In this document: piece by piece, positions 37,386-46,500 of the stretch
Layout: each line of letters begins with the position of its first letter
How positions within the stretch are numbered: the stretch's first letter is position 1
Source: a virus
Lineage: Duplodnaviria; Caudoviricetes
Virus record (IMG/VR): IMGVR_UViG_3300005323_000042
Span: 1 to 64,000 of that record
Length of the DNA stretch: 64,000 bases
Direction: 5' to 3' (one strand)
The notes under the pieces: model-generated
Seen by the model: the letters and a program-made list of their open reading frames with translations, nothing else
What the model was told of the DNA's origin: nothing
Database searches by the model: none
Position numbers and translations under genes: made by a program

Positions 37386-38054
37386 TTAAATTAGTACCTT
37401 TGCTATGAATTCATAACCGACAGATACGGGTGCCGCCGATGACTCTCTTGTCGTTTGCTGTGTGCGTATGAATGCATCTATAAATACCTTCTCTTCATAA
37501 TCTGTCGAATCGGCATAACTGCCGATTCTGAAATCGCGTATTTTTATTTGTAACGGACCTATAAATTCCGGATGAACAGGAGTGCCTTCGTCGGGACATT
37601 TCCAATATGTGTTCTTTAATGTCTTAATCGTTTCTGCATCAACTTCCTGTGCATACAGAAGTGTTTCCATATTATTGTAACTTGTTGAGAAATCTGTCAG
37701 GGGTTGAAAGTATTCGCCGGTCGCGTTTGGCAAATTTGTTTCGTTAGGCAGATGTACTCTTGTTGAACTAAGAGCTTCTTCAACAGTCTTGTCCTCTGAA
37801 TTCTTTTGTTCTTTTGCTTTATTAATGTGGGCAAGGATATAACCATTGTTTGTGTAATTAACTGTAAATGTGCCATTGGCTATTGCTTTGCCCATAATAA
37901 CAGTATCAAAATGATAACTCTTATATCCATATATCGGTATTTGTCCCGCAGTATATATTCCCATAATAGATGTCACTTCTGCAAGCGGCATATCGTTTAT
38001 GTATATAACTGCTTGCGATCCGGTAAAGTACTGTGTTGTAAGTCTTGAACTCAT
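37386..38054 (-). CDS. Tube-fold protein 3 (tube initiator-like, 222 aa)
   Basis: YFTGSQAVIYIND...IPIYGY...GKAIANGTFTVN is homologous to the major tube. Confidence 0.7.
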   Translation of the reverse strand: MSSRLTTQYFTGSQAVIYINDMPLAEVTSIMGIYTAGQIPIYGYKSYHFDTVIMGKAIANGTFTVNYTNNGYILAHINKAKEQKNSEDKTVEEALSSTRVHLPNETNLPNATGEYFQPLTDFSTSYNNMETLLYAQEVDAETIKTLKNTYWKCPDEGTPVHPEFIGPLQIKIRDFRIGSYADSTDYEEKVFIDAFIRTQQTTRESSAAPVSVGYEFIAKVLI

Positions 38055-38860
38055 TACATAAACCTCAGTCTGTCCTGTTTAATCTGTTCTATTGCAGTAT
38101 TATAATCTTCAACTGTCAGTTTCGAAGAGTTAATGCCATTGTTGTTTATTGAATTAATTAATTCTGTCGATGTAACAGAACGCATAGGGGAGACGTGTCT
38201 GGCGAGATAGTTAACAGAATTTTCAGTGATAAGATCATTTACAGAGTGGACCTGCCCTTCATTCATAAAATCCACGCCGTAGATGCCGAGTCTTGACATA
38301 TTACCAAGTTCATTTTCAAAGACAACGAGTATATCAAGTGGAGGCAACTGGTCAATACGATATAGTTTACTGTCAACTGCTTCAGCAGATTCATATGCAA
38401 GAGCATAATCAAAAAGTTCATGCAATATGCGGTCTTTCATAACGGTAAAAATCATTGTACCGGCTATTGTCACATTACCGCGTGTAAAACCTCTGGCCGC
38501 AGTATAACCAAGAGATCTTACTGCTTCCTTGTCCCTGTAAACAGAATAACTTAATGTTTGTATTTCATCCAGTTCAATTATGGTCCTTGATACTGTAAGA
38601 TTATCCCATGCTTTTTTAAGTTTATCCGCTTCTTCTGCAAAGTTTGTAATCTCAACACCGTTATCAATATCAGAAGATTCATCAGCCAAATCCTGAAGAC
38701 TTTTGACCTGATCTTTGTATTCCTGCATAACGCTGTTTACATTTGACATGATTGCATATACCTTAACATCGGTTCCGGCATATGAAACGCTGTCATTATA
38801 TTTGAGCGTTTTATTTTCTATATCTATAACAGTTGTCGATAGAACTTCTGTTTCAGCCAT
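38054..38860 (-). CDS. Tube-fold protein 2 (268 aa)
   Basis: SYAGTDV, IQTLSYSVYRDK...GFTRG...IAGTMIF, LPPLDI...NEGQVHSVNDLITE are homologous to the major tube. Confidence 0.75.
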   Translation of the reverse strand: MAETEVLSTTVIDIENKTLKYNDSVSYAGTDVKVYAIMSNVNSVMQEYKDQVKSLQDLADESSDIDNGVEITNFAEEADKLKKAWDNLTVSRTIIELDEIQTLSYSVYRDKEAVRSLGYTAARGFTRGNVTIAGTMIFTVMKDRILHELFDYALAYESAEAVDSKLYRIDQLPPLDILVVFENELGNMSRLGIYGVDFMNEGQVHSVNDLITENSVNYLARHVSPMRSVTSTELINSINNNGINSSKLTVEDYNTAIEQIKQDRLRFM

Positions 38861-38910
38861 CAGTTTCTCTTGAAATTAATATTGCAAATGTTGGAACAGA
38901 GATTTGTCAA
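38861..38910 (-). promoter_or_regulatory. Putative sigma70-like promoter (TTGACA-N18-TGCAAT) re-initiating after the tube terminator
   Basis: Perfect TTGACA at 38910..38905 immediately after the terminator; weak -10. Confidence 0.4.
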
Positions 38911-38916
38911 ATCAAC

Positions 38917-38957
38917 AAAAAAAATCCCCTTATCCTGTAGAATCAGGAAAGGGGATT
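38917..38957 (-). terminator. Intrinsic terminator after the major tube gene
   Basis: Minus strand AATCCCCTTTCCTG-ATTCTA-CAGGATAAGGGGATT followed by a T run. Confidence 0.8.
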
Positions 38958-38979
38958 GTATAATCGATTTTACTATTTA

Positions 38980-39639
38980 TTAAGTTGAGGTTACAACCGG
39001 CGTTCCGCCTGCTCTTGTAAGCCTTAACCATTGTGTCATTGAACGTGCAATATAGGTGTACTGTTCTTCCATAACGAGATCGTCAACTGATACCCCGCCA
39101 CCCTCGTTGAGGATTTCAAGGCCAACAATGACTTTCTTCATGGACTGACCGTATTCATTTGCAGCAATCATATTTACATCGAAAGGTAAAATCTGATCGC
39201 CATACCAAGCCTCGACGTTCTTTCTGGAGAATGTTGAATTATCCGCATCATAAGGTGAATAATCAACATCATTAACGCCGTCTTCAAATAACTGATCTAA
39301 TGTGACCGCACCCTCGCCAGGATCGGTTGCTCTCCAATCGGTTGTATTAGCCCAGAATTTTCGGCTCTCGGCAGGAATATCGTTTAAGAAAGCCTGTCTG
39401 TCTATTGTAATGAAAACAAGTGATCCTGCAATTGCCCGTTTACCTCTTGCGAATGCAAGCGGATCTGCAGACTGCCTCATAGTATATATCGGACCTTTCT
39501 CTCTTTGAACAGACCACGAAATTGCCTGTAGAGTGCCAAGCATTTTGTTTCCTACAACAGCAATGATATCAGAGCCGCCAAAGGACACATAGGCACCTTT
39601 TTCCATGTCTTGAGTATTATAACCTGTACTAACTGCCAT
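38980..39639 (-). CDS. Major tail tube protein (219 aa)
   Basis: Immediately after the sheath; SFGGSDI...LQAISWSVQREKGPIYTM...FARGKRAIAGSLVF tube motifs; strong SD and downstream terminator. Confidence 0.85.
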   Translation of the reverse strand: MAVSTGYNTQDMEKGAYVSFGGSDIIAVVGNKMLGTLQAISWSVQREKGPIYTMRQSADPLAFARGKRAIAGSLVFITIDRQAFLNDIPAESRKFWANTTDWRATDPGEGAVTLDQLFEDGVNDVDYSPYDADNSTFSRKNVEAWYGDQILPFDVNMIAANEYGQSMKKVIVGLEILNEGGGVSVDDLVMEEQYTYIARSMTQWLRLTRAGGTPVVTST

Positions 39640-39653
39640 TTTGTGGACTCCTA
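39640..39653 (-). promoter_or_regulatory. AGGAGTCCACA leader motif / SD
   Basis: TAGGAGTCCACAAA-ATG; recurs before the capsid and decoration genes. Confidence 0.55.
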
Positions 39654-39662
39654 TTTATTTTA

Positions 39663-41864
39663 TTATTTACTTAACTTTGTATAGATTGTTAATCGTCTCA
39701 TCTCACTCGCTGTAACAATTTCAAGTTTCAGAGCGGCTTCACCCCTGATTTCCATAGCACGTGTAGCTTTGATTGTGGCATTACCACCAAGGATATATGG
39801 TGATGTGCCTTCTGCAAAGCGTTTCAGCAATGAACGTATCTCTTCCTGAAGGGACAATCTTATATTTGAATTTGTAAGTGAACCGATATATTTTTCAGCG
39901 ATCTTGCGGATGGACTCAAGTATTACAGCTGCTACTCTGCAGGTTGATCTGCGGGACCAGTCTGATGTTGACAGGGCGCCTGTCGGGGCATCTACTACTT
40001 TTACATAACCATCGGTATTCGTGTCATATATTATATAACCAGCGCCAACGAGGGCATCTTTGGATACTTTTGGAAGTGTGAACGGCAGTCTTGCTTTGAT
40101 AGAAACTGTTTTGCCGGTTGCAGGTATATTAGGATCTAGTTTCATTATCAAACCAGCGTATACGCCAGCACCAGGTGTCAGATAGCCAGATGTGGTTCCG
40201 TCATAGGATGTGTTAACAATAAGCGGATGAGCTATAACATCAACGTACCTTCCGATATCGGCGACCTGTCCATTATCAGTATCAACGATTGGCGTTCCAT
40301 CAACATATCCGTTGTCTGTTCTAAACAAACCTGCGGAAACGTTTCTTGAACCAACTCTAAATTTATAACCCAACAGACCTGTTCCTGAACGTGTAATTGT
40401 ACCAGACGTTATATCATATGTCGGGGCTTTGCCGATCCAGGTTGTAACTGCAGGTTTAGAATAGTTTTTAGGACCAACCATTGCGATAACACCGGAAGCC
40501 TCATTGGAGTTGGTGCTCAGACTGTCACAGTAAACGGCGAGCTGATGACCGAAGTTTGCTTCGTTAAAAGAAATATCAGGAGCGGCTATTGCTGTTGTAA
40601 TGCCTGCATCTGAGGTACATGTCAAAACTTTTTCAATTGACAACTTGCCGGTTGCAAAAGCTTTAGCTGCAAAACCATCTATACCAAGTTCATAAGCTGA
40701 AGGTAAGGCATCAGCGGTATCTATATTGACGTCAAATGCATTTTTGAATGCAAAGAACAACTGTCCATTGAATGTAAATTCATATATCTTACCGAGAAAA
40801 TCGCCTGTAGGACTTACATAATTAGGACTGTCTGTTTCATCATATTTACAGAAACCATCGTTGTCAACAACATTGGGAGCGTTGAAATAAACACCGGTAG
40901 GATAAACCATATCAATATTTGCTGCTTCAAGATCCCAGTAAGCCCTTTGTAAAGCTGCAAACTTTTCATTGTAAGTAAGATCAAGGCCGTCATTGGCGGC
41001 AACAAATTTAATTTTATGTTGTGCCGTACCTGCTTCTGCGCCGCCGGTTATTGTCCAGTTTTCAGCGTTAGTTACTGTAACAACGCCGTCTGCATATGTA
41101 AGCTTTTTTGATACTGTGACTGTATATGTAGAACTGTTCAATGTTACATAGTCAATTATATATACACCGTCGCCAGCTGTACCAGTTGTCTGTGCAAGTT
41201 CAACTACCTGGCCGGCCTTAAAACTGTTGTCTGAAGTTGTGAATGTTTTACTGTCTGTTACAAATGCAATGGTTTTTGTCGAACCAACATTGTAAGAAGA
41301 ATTAGTGAAATTCTTCAGATCTGCAAAACTTGGACAACTTGCCAATGTTGACGAACTGCCTATTGTAATATTGGATGCTGTAAGGGTTGCGTCGCCATAT
41401 ACTAAAAATTCGCCATTATCAATTCCTGCTGCACTATCAAAAAGAATTTCACCGGTTGTTGCATCGAGTATTCTTATTGTTTCTGCTGAGGTTGAAGTAT
41501 TATAATTGTAATATAATTTATATTCTGTTCCCGCTCCATCGTATGCTTTCTTTGTTACGATTGTATGACCGTTTACAAAGTCAAGCATGACAGGTGTAGC
41601 ACCAATTCTATAAGCAGCAACATATTTTGCACCACTTTCAAGAACCTCGTAAATACCTTTCATTAAAGTGCCTTCTTTGGTTCCATCAGGATCGTATAAA
41701 TATTCTGCAGCCATAGTATCAGTAACTAGATACAGTGAGTTCGGTCCGTCAGGAGCAGTTCCCAAGACCAAAGTCACTTCGCCAGGTATGCTTTCGATAA
41801 CACTTAAGTTACCGTCCTCTTTGTTAACATAAACGCCTGGAAGATTATGGTACTGATTGTACAT
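39663..41864 (-). CDS. Contractile tail sheath protein (733 aa)
   Basis: N-terminal NLPGVYV...LVLGTA; C-terminal STCRVAAVILESIRKIAEKYIG...LQEEIRSLL...LEIVTASEMRRLTI sheath pattern; precedes the tube. Confidence 0.9.
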   Translation of the reverse strand: MYNQYHNLPGVYVNKEDGNLSVIESIPGEVTLVLGTAPDGPNSLYLVTDTMAAEYLYDPDGTKEGTLMKGIYEVLESGAKYVAAYRIGATPVMLDFVNGHTIVTKKAYDGAGTEYKLYYNYNTSTSAETIRILDATTGEILFDSAAGIDNGEFLVYGDATLTASNITIGSSSTLASCPSFADLKNFTNSSYNVGSTKTIAFVTDSKTFTTSDNSFKAGQVVELAQTTGTAGDGVYIIDYVTLNSSTYTVTVSKKLTYADGVVTVTNAENWTITGGAEAGTAQHKIKFVAANDGLDLTYNEKFAALQRAYWDLEAANIDMVYPTGVYFNAPNVVDNDGFCKYDETDSPNYVSPTGDFLGKIYEFTFNGQLFFAFKNAFDVNIDTADALPSAYELGIDGFAAKAFATGKLSIEKVLTCTSDAGITTAIAAPDISFNEANFGHQLAVYCDSLSTNSNEASGVIAMVGPKNYSKPAVTTWIGKAPTYDITSGTITRSGTGLLGYKFRVGSRNVSAGLFRTDNGYVDGTPIVDTDNGQVADIGRYVDVIAHPLIVNTSYDGTTSGYLTPGAGVYAGLIMKLDPNIPATGKTVSIKARLPFTLPKVSKDALVGAGYIIYDTNTDGYVKVVDAPTGALSTSDWSRRSTCRVAAVILESIRKIAEKYIGSLTNSNIRLSLQEEIRSLLKRFAEGTSPYILGGNATIKATRAMEIRGEAALKLEIVTASEMRRLTIYTKLSK

Positions 41865-41888
41865 TGTTGATCTCCTATGTTTGTAGTT

Positions 41889-42584
41889 TTATTTTTTAAT
41901 TAATTCAATAGCAAGAGTTTCAAGTGTTTTTTCATAAACAAGTTTGATAGCCTGAGTTCTGACAAGGTAGACAAGCGGGCATGAGTACCATGTGAAATTT
42001 GATATCTCATTGAATTTATCTTCGTCGCGGCCTTCGAACCTTAATTGCAGTAATCCTTTTGCACGAAAAATATATCTATACGTATCAAGGATATCTTCAA
42101 GTTTATATGCAAATTTGTCTGCATCTCTGTAGTTTTTTGACCAGGCGCCGAGTCGTATTGTGTTGTCGTAGAATTTTGAAAAAACAAGAACTTTATAGCC
42201 GGGATTTAGTTTGTCTTCCACAATGTCACGAAGATTCCATCTTGAATCTTTGCGGCCTTCATGGGGTTTCATGCCTTTTTCTGTCGTAGCGTAACTGCGT
42301 GCAATTACACTATAACGCAGTGCATTCTGCTCATCCTTTATATCCGTGCCCCATGCATGTTCCGGCTTAAACGTAAAGGATTTAAATTCCTGGGTTGAAC
42401 TTTGTAACTTGTTCAGCAGATCATACAGGTCGTCTATAAATTCCGGCAGATCATAACCCCTTATAAAATTGCCGACAGATACCTCTTCATCGGGCATTGT
42501 AATCGGACCAATATTGTCAACCATATTAACTATGATTGAATTGATTTCAGGATCTGTATGCTGAGGCTCAAAAAATCTTGACAT
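41889..42584 (-). CDS. Neck / tail-completion (terminator-like) protein (231 aa)
   Basis: Position between head-closure gene and sheath; FYDNTIRLGAWSKNYRDADKFAYKLEDIL pattern. Confidence 0.55.
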   Translation of the reverse strand: MSRFFEPQHTDPEINSIIVNMVDNIGPITMPDEEVSVGNFIRGYDLPEFIDDLYDLLNKLQSSTQEFKSFTFKPEHAWGTDIKDEQNALRYSVIARSYATTEKGMKPHEGRKDSRWNLRDIVEDKLNPGYKVLVFSKFYDNTIRLGAWSKNYRDADKFAYKLEDILDTYRYIFRAKGLLQLRFEGRDEDKFNEISNFTWYSCPLVYLVRTQAIKLVYEKTLETLAIELIKK

Positions 42585-43108
42585 TATTTTTGTACCTCAC
42601 AGATACACTGATAAAATTCTATCCTTCCATCATCGGAACACATTTCATTAACTCTGATAATTGTCATTTCAAGCTCTGCGGTAACAGGATTGATTACATT
42701 ACCTGTTTCATCTATGGAGATCAGGATAATATTGTCGTGGTATTCGACATGGTGTTTTGATGGTACATAAATAGTCTCTTTAATCGGCGATTCAGGACTG
42801 GCTTCTCCAACTAATTCATCCTGACGCATTCTTAGCGGAGTACTCTTTATGCGTATTAGGCGTTCGGTGCAAAGAAATCCATTTCTTGTCGTGGCAAAAC
42901 CCCTGTCTTTGTCCTTGCCTTCGCCGGTAACTTTATATGTATCGCTGCTGCGGAGAGAAGTGCCATTGTTGTCTTTTATAATACTCTGCCATACGGCCCA
43001 ACGTCCGCGCGATTTCTCGTCGCCACTACCATATATCATCGCGTCAAATCCGGAACGCAGATCTATATCTGTATAGATATTAAATGTGTCTGTTGCTAAA
43101 TAACTCAT
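42584..43108 (-). CDS. Head-closure/neck protein (174 aa)
   Basis: Synteny; beta-rich with TIYV...DNIILI...IIRVNEMCSDDGRIEFYQC. Confidence 0.5.
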   Translation of the reverse strand: MSYLATDTFNIYTDIDLRSGFDAMIYGSGDEKSRGRWAVWQSIIKDNNGTSLRSSDTYKVTGEGKDKDRGFATTRNGFLCTERLIRIKSTPLRMRQDELVGEASPESPIKETIYVPSKHHVEYHDNIILISIDETGNVINPVTAELEMTIIRVNEMCSDDGRIEFYQCICEVQK

Positions 43109-44463
43109 AAGTATGTTATTGTATCATGCCAGGTGAATGCATCGAATCCTTCCCAGCCGAGTATATATTTTGAATCTTCATAAAAACGACTGTTGACACC
43201 TGGATTATATCTGTCCCACATTCTGCCAATGTCACTGTTGATATGATTGGAACTGCGCTTGAAGAAAGGATTGGCATAACCGTACGCAAGAAGCGATTTG
43301 ATTTTTGCAATACTATCTTTTGTATCCTTTACAAGACTGTTGTAAAGTTTAATTCTCTCTTTACTGGAGACTGCAAGTGAAAAATCACCGAGTTCTTTTT
43401 TAACATAATCGTGTATACCAGAGAAGGCATAATTATTTACGAGTATATTGTACAGCGCTGTATAAAGTGTAAGTTTCTGACGTAGAATTGTTCTTCTTTT
43501 TTCATCAGGAACCCTGTTACCAACTGTCTGATATGCCTCTTCTGAAGCATAATAAATCGAGAGCGCAAGTGCGATATCGGTAATACCTGTTAAAACCGTG
43601 CCTGCAACAAGTCTTAATAATTTTGTTGACGAATAATATGGATCAAGTTTTGCAACATAACTGAATGCATAATCATTTGGCATCAAACTTCCGTTTTCTG
43701 ACGCGAAACCCTTTTTTATAAAAATTGATATAACTACATTCCCAAGTTCTATATCGTCAGGAAGAACTATATCAACCGTTTTATCATCAACAGAGTTAAT
43801 CGAAATGTCAGCATCAACAACCGTCGGCTGTTCATCAGACAATATGTTACCTGCATAGACAATTATCTTCGACAGCGATTGTGCACTTACATCAAGACTG
43901 AATGTTACTGATATATCTTTTCCTGTTATAAGAAACGAGTCGGCTTTTGGCGATGTGGATTCAACGTACATACCTGCCGTTGTAATATCTGTATCGTTTG
44001 CAAATACGACATTACTGCCAATAATAGAGACTGTTGTTGTTGGAATCGGCACTACAATTTCTTCTGTCATATCCTCTTCTCTTGTTGTAAAAGAGAATAC
44101 GGCTATCTTTGCAGGCATATTGCCGGCAGTGTCAGCTATTGTATTTGAAATACTCACCGTGTATAAGGTATTAGACTGTAGTTTTGATGTGGGTTTAAAA
44201 GTAAGAGTGCAGTCGTCTGTAGTGATTTTTCCCTGTACGATTCCGGTAAAGGCATCTGTAAAAAAATCATCCGTTGCAAATACACCTTCAGGCTGAGGGA
44301 TAGTATCCTTTATAACCAGTATGTTCGTCTTGTTAGTAGATAAGGTAACAGACGAATCATCAACAGTATTTGCATCGATTGTTTTGTCAAATACTATTTT
44401 GATTTCCGGAAGCAAAGAAACAAGTGTTGCGCCGGACAGAGGTATTGTAGATACGACTTGCAT
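43105..44463 (-). CDS. Head-tail adaptor-like protein with two N-terminal Ig-like (Big_5/SbsA-type) domains (452 aa)
   Basis: VVSTIPLSGAT.V...IKIVFDKTID...LTFKPTSKLQSNTLYTVSI and VESTSPKADS...ISVTFS..; helical C-terminal part in the adaptor position. Confidence 0.65.
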   Translation of the reverse strand: MQVVSTIPLSGATLVSLLPEIKIVFDKTIDANTVDDSSVTLSTNKTNILVIKDTIPQPEGVFATDDFFTDAFTGIVQGKITTDDCTLTFKPTSKLQSNTLYTVSISNTIADTAGNMPAKIAVFSFTTREEDMTEEIVVPIPTTTVSIIGSNVVFANDTDITTAGMYVESTSPKADSFLITGKDISVTFSLDVSAQSLSKIIVYAGNILSDEQPTVVDADISINSVDDKTVDIVLPDDIELGNVVISIFIKKGFASENGSLMPNDYAFSYVAKLDPYYSSTKLLRLVAGTVLTGITDIALALSIYYASEEAYQTVGNRVPDEKRRTILRQKLTLYTALYNILVNNYAFSGIHDYVKKELGDFSLAVSSKERIKLYNSLVKDTKDSIAKIKSLLAYGYANPFFKRSSNHINSDIGRMWDRYNPGVNSRFYEDSKYILGWEGFDAFTWHDTITYL

Positions 44464-44469
44464 TATATC

Positions 44470-45072
44470 TTATTCGCTTTTCGTCATTAAACCAATTTGG
44501 TTAATCGGTATTGATATTTTGTTGATTAATTCAATCCTGCCGGTAATGAGATTTATAACAGATGCGCGTGCTTTTTTTTCTTTTCGGTTTTCGACTTCGA
44601 GCATTGCATTTAACAGTGTCATATCATCGATGCCGGGATTTACAATATTGTCAATTAAGGCGTTGTCTTCAGTTTTATTTTTACCAATTATCTTGTTGAT
44701 TTCGACAACGGTTTTACTTAATATTTCTTCTGCTTCAGCGAGATATGCTTTGTACTTAATTTCTCTTTGCACATCTCTTGATACTGGAACAGCTTCCTGT
44801 TTTTTCTCTTCTCGTATCTCAGTTGTCTTAGTTAATCTCTGGATAGTTTCGTAAATAATATTTTCATTACTGTCAGTGGTAATAAGTCCTTTTGATAAAC
44901 CAAGTTTTATTTCGCGGAGTGTATTCAAACTAAGTTTGTCAAGTTCAATTTCCATCGAAGTTTTATCTCCACCAAGATGCAGCGTCTTGTCCGTGGTAAA
45001 CCAGAAAGGAACCAGTATAGGCTCTTTTGACAATGTGTTTTTTATTTCACCAAGTGATATTTTAATCTTCAT
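44470..45072 (-). CDS. Hypothetical capsid-downstream protein (~200 aa; start likely 45072)
   Basis: GAGG SD before the second ATG; C-terminal EVENRKEKKARASVINLITGRI helix of the type often found after capsid genes. Confidence 0.55.
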   Translation of the reverse strand: MKIKISLGEIKNTLSKEPILVPFWFTTDKTLHLGGDKTSMEIELDKLSLNTLREIKLGLSKGLITTDSNENIIYETIQRLTKTTEIREEKKQEAVPVSRDVQREIKYKAYLAEAEEILSKTVVEINKIIGKNKTEDNALIDNIVNPGIDDMTLLNAMLEVENRKEKKARASVINLITGRIELINKISIPINQIGLMTKSE

Positions 45073-45098
45073 TCCCTTCCTCATAAAATTTAATCACA

Positions 45099-45114
45099 GG
45101 GGCCTTACGGCCCC
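45099..45114 (-). other. GC hairpin with GTAA tetraloop downstream of the capsid gene
   Basis: GGGGCC-GTAA-GGCCCC on the minus strand; no clear U tract. Confidence 0.55.
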
Positions 45115-45129
45115 CATGTTTATTCATTG

Positions 45130-46386
45130 TTATCCATTACTATGTTTAGTTCCATCAGCATTTAATATCTGATTGGAAGTAGACTGGGTTATCGGTGTGA
45201 AAGTAGAGATAGTAGGCTGTACTGGTACGACTAACTTGTTAGGTGTAATCTTAACGTTTTTAAATACGCCTACCGCGGCACCCTCATTATAAGGGACAAC
45301 CTGATAACGTTCTCTTATTTTCAGAAAATGCAAATCCCTGACTCTGTCAGGTACTTCTTCCATAGTTGCCTCTTCATCAACTATCAGTGCTCCCAAGTTG
45401 TTTGTATCAACTAAGAAGATATTAGCTAATTTGGAAACAGGGTTATAAGGAATGTACGGACATACAATAACCTGAAGTGGGAATCCAATGTATCCAGGAA
45501 GTTTTGGAGCGCCCTGGCCGTTGTATTCAGGAAGATTAGCAACAGTGTTTGACTGGTTGCTTGTGCCAGGACCTGCTTTGCTCATTATGCCTCTGTCGAA
45601 AGGATAAGAGTTTAATGGATTGCCGGACCAGCCGTTAAACCATGATCCACCGCCATGATTAAGAGCGAAAGCTCTCAACTGAGGATCGGTAAGAAACATA
45701 GTGTAGGTGAGAGGATGAACTAAAAGTGCGTTTGGAACGAAACCATTCTGTAACAACTGACCATATGCCTGATAGATATCGTCGATTGTCAAAGAACCAT
45801 TTGCAGTACCGTCTACGTCATAACCATTGGTATTACCAAAGATCGAGCTGGAGGGTGCAACGTTATCATGAGTAACTACGCCCATTCTTGTCAACATTGA
45901 AAAGATTTTCTTTTCTTTGTGACGGGCTAAAGCCTGACCCATTTTTTTAACGTATAAACCTAACTGATCATAAAGGCTGTAGCGTCTCCATTCATCGGAG
46001 AATTTCATGGCGATACCAGCTTTCCCGATGGTGATACCCTGAGCGCCAGGCCCAAAGTTCACACTGACTTCCGGATACTCACCAGACTCGTCAATATCAT
46101 CCGCTACAAATGCACCAATAGCGCCATATGACATCTGCATTCCAGGTTTATACTGGATTCTCTCTAAGAGAGTAGCGCCGATTAGTTGCGGCTCAATGGC
46201 TTCTCTTACCAAGTTTTCAATAGTTATCTGGAAAAATTGGGTTGAATTAGGATGAGAAAGAGCATCTTCCATTTCGATTGGATAGGATTCGCCACTTGTT
46301 TCATCGATAAATAAACCGTTATTTTTCCACACAGAACTATATTGTTCTTGGCTTAAATCTTTCATGTCTTTTAATTTGAAAGGCAT
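45130..46386 (-). CDS. Major capsid protein, HK97 fold (418 aa)
   Basis: VREAIEPQLIGATLL, AIGAFVADDIDESGEYPE, IGKAGIAMKFSDEW, QALARHKEKKIF, PNALLVHPLTY, LKIRERY; follows protease and decoration genes. Confidence 0.9.
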   Translation of the reverse strand: MPFKLKDMKDLSQEQYSSVWKNNGLFIDETSGESYPIEMEDALSHPNSTQFFQITIENLVREAIEPQLIGATLLERIQYKPGMQMSYGAIGAFVADDIDESGEYPEVSVNFGPGAQGITIGKAGIAMKFSDEWRRYSLYDQLGLYVKKMGQALARHKEKKIFSMLTRMGVVTHDNVAPSSSIFGNTNGYDVDGTANGSLTIDDIYQAYGQLLQNGFVPNALLVHPLTYTMFLTDPQLRAFALNHGGGSWFNGWSGNPLNSYPFDRGIMSKAGPGTSNQSNTVANLPEYNGQGAPKLPGYIGFPLQVIVCPYIPYNPVSKLANIFLVDTNNLGALIVDEEATMEEVPDRVRDLHFLKIRERYQVVPYNEGAAVGVFKNVKITPNKLVVPVQPTISTFTPITQSTSNQILNADGTKHSNG

Positions 46387-46400
46387 TGTGTGGACTCCTT
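46387..46400 (-). promoter_or_regulatory. AGGAGTCCACA leader motif / SD of the capsid gene
   Basis: AAGGAGTCCACACA-ATG. Confidence 0.6.
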
Positions 46401-46448
46401 GTGTTTATTAATTGTTTGTGTTTTTTGTAAGTTTTTTAAAAGCAGGTA

Positions 46449-46493
46449 CTTCCCCACAAGAGCCGGCGTCAACCGAACTCTTGCGGAGGGAAG
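46449..46493 (-). other. Long GC-rich stem-loop in the capsid-gene leader
   Basis: CTTCCC-TC-CGCAAGAG-T-TCGG-TTGACG-CCGG-CTCTTGTG-GGGAAG pairs over ~18 bp, in an otherwise A-rich 114-nt gap. Confidence 0.6.
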
Positions 46494-46500
46494 GGGGGGA

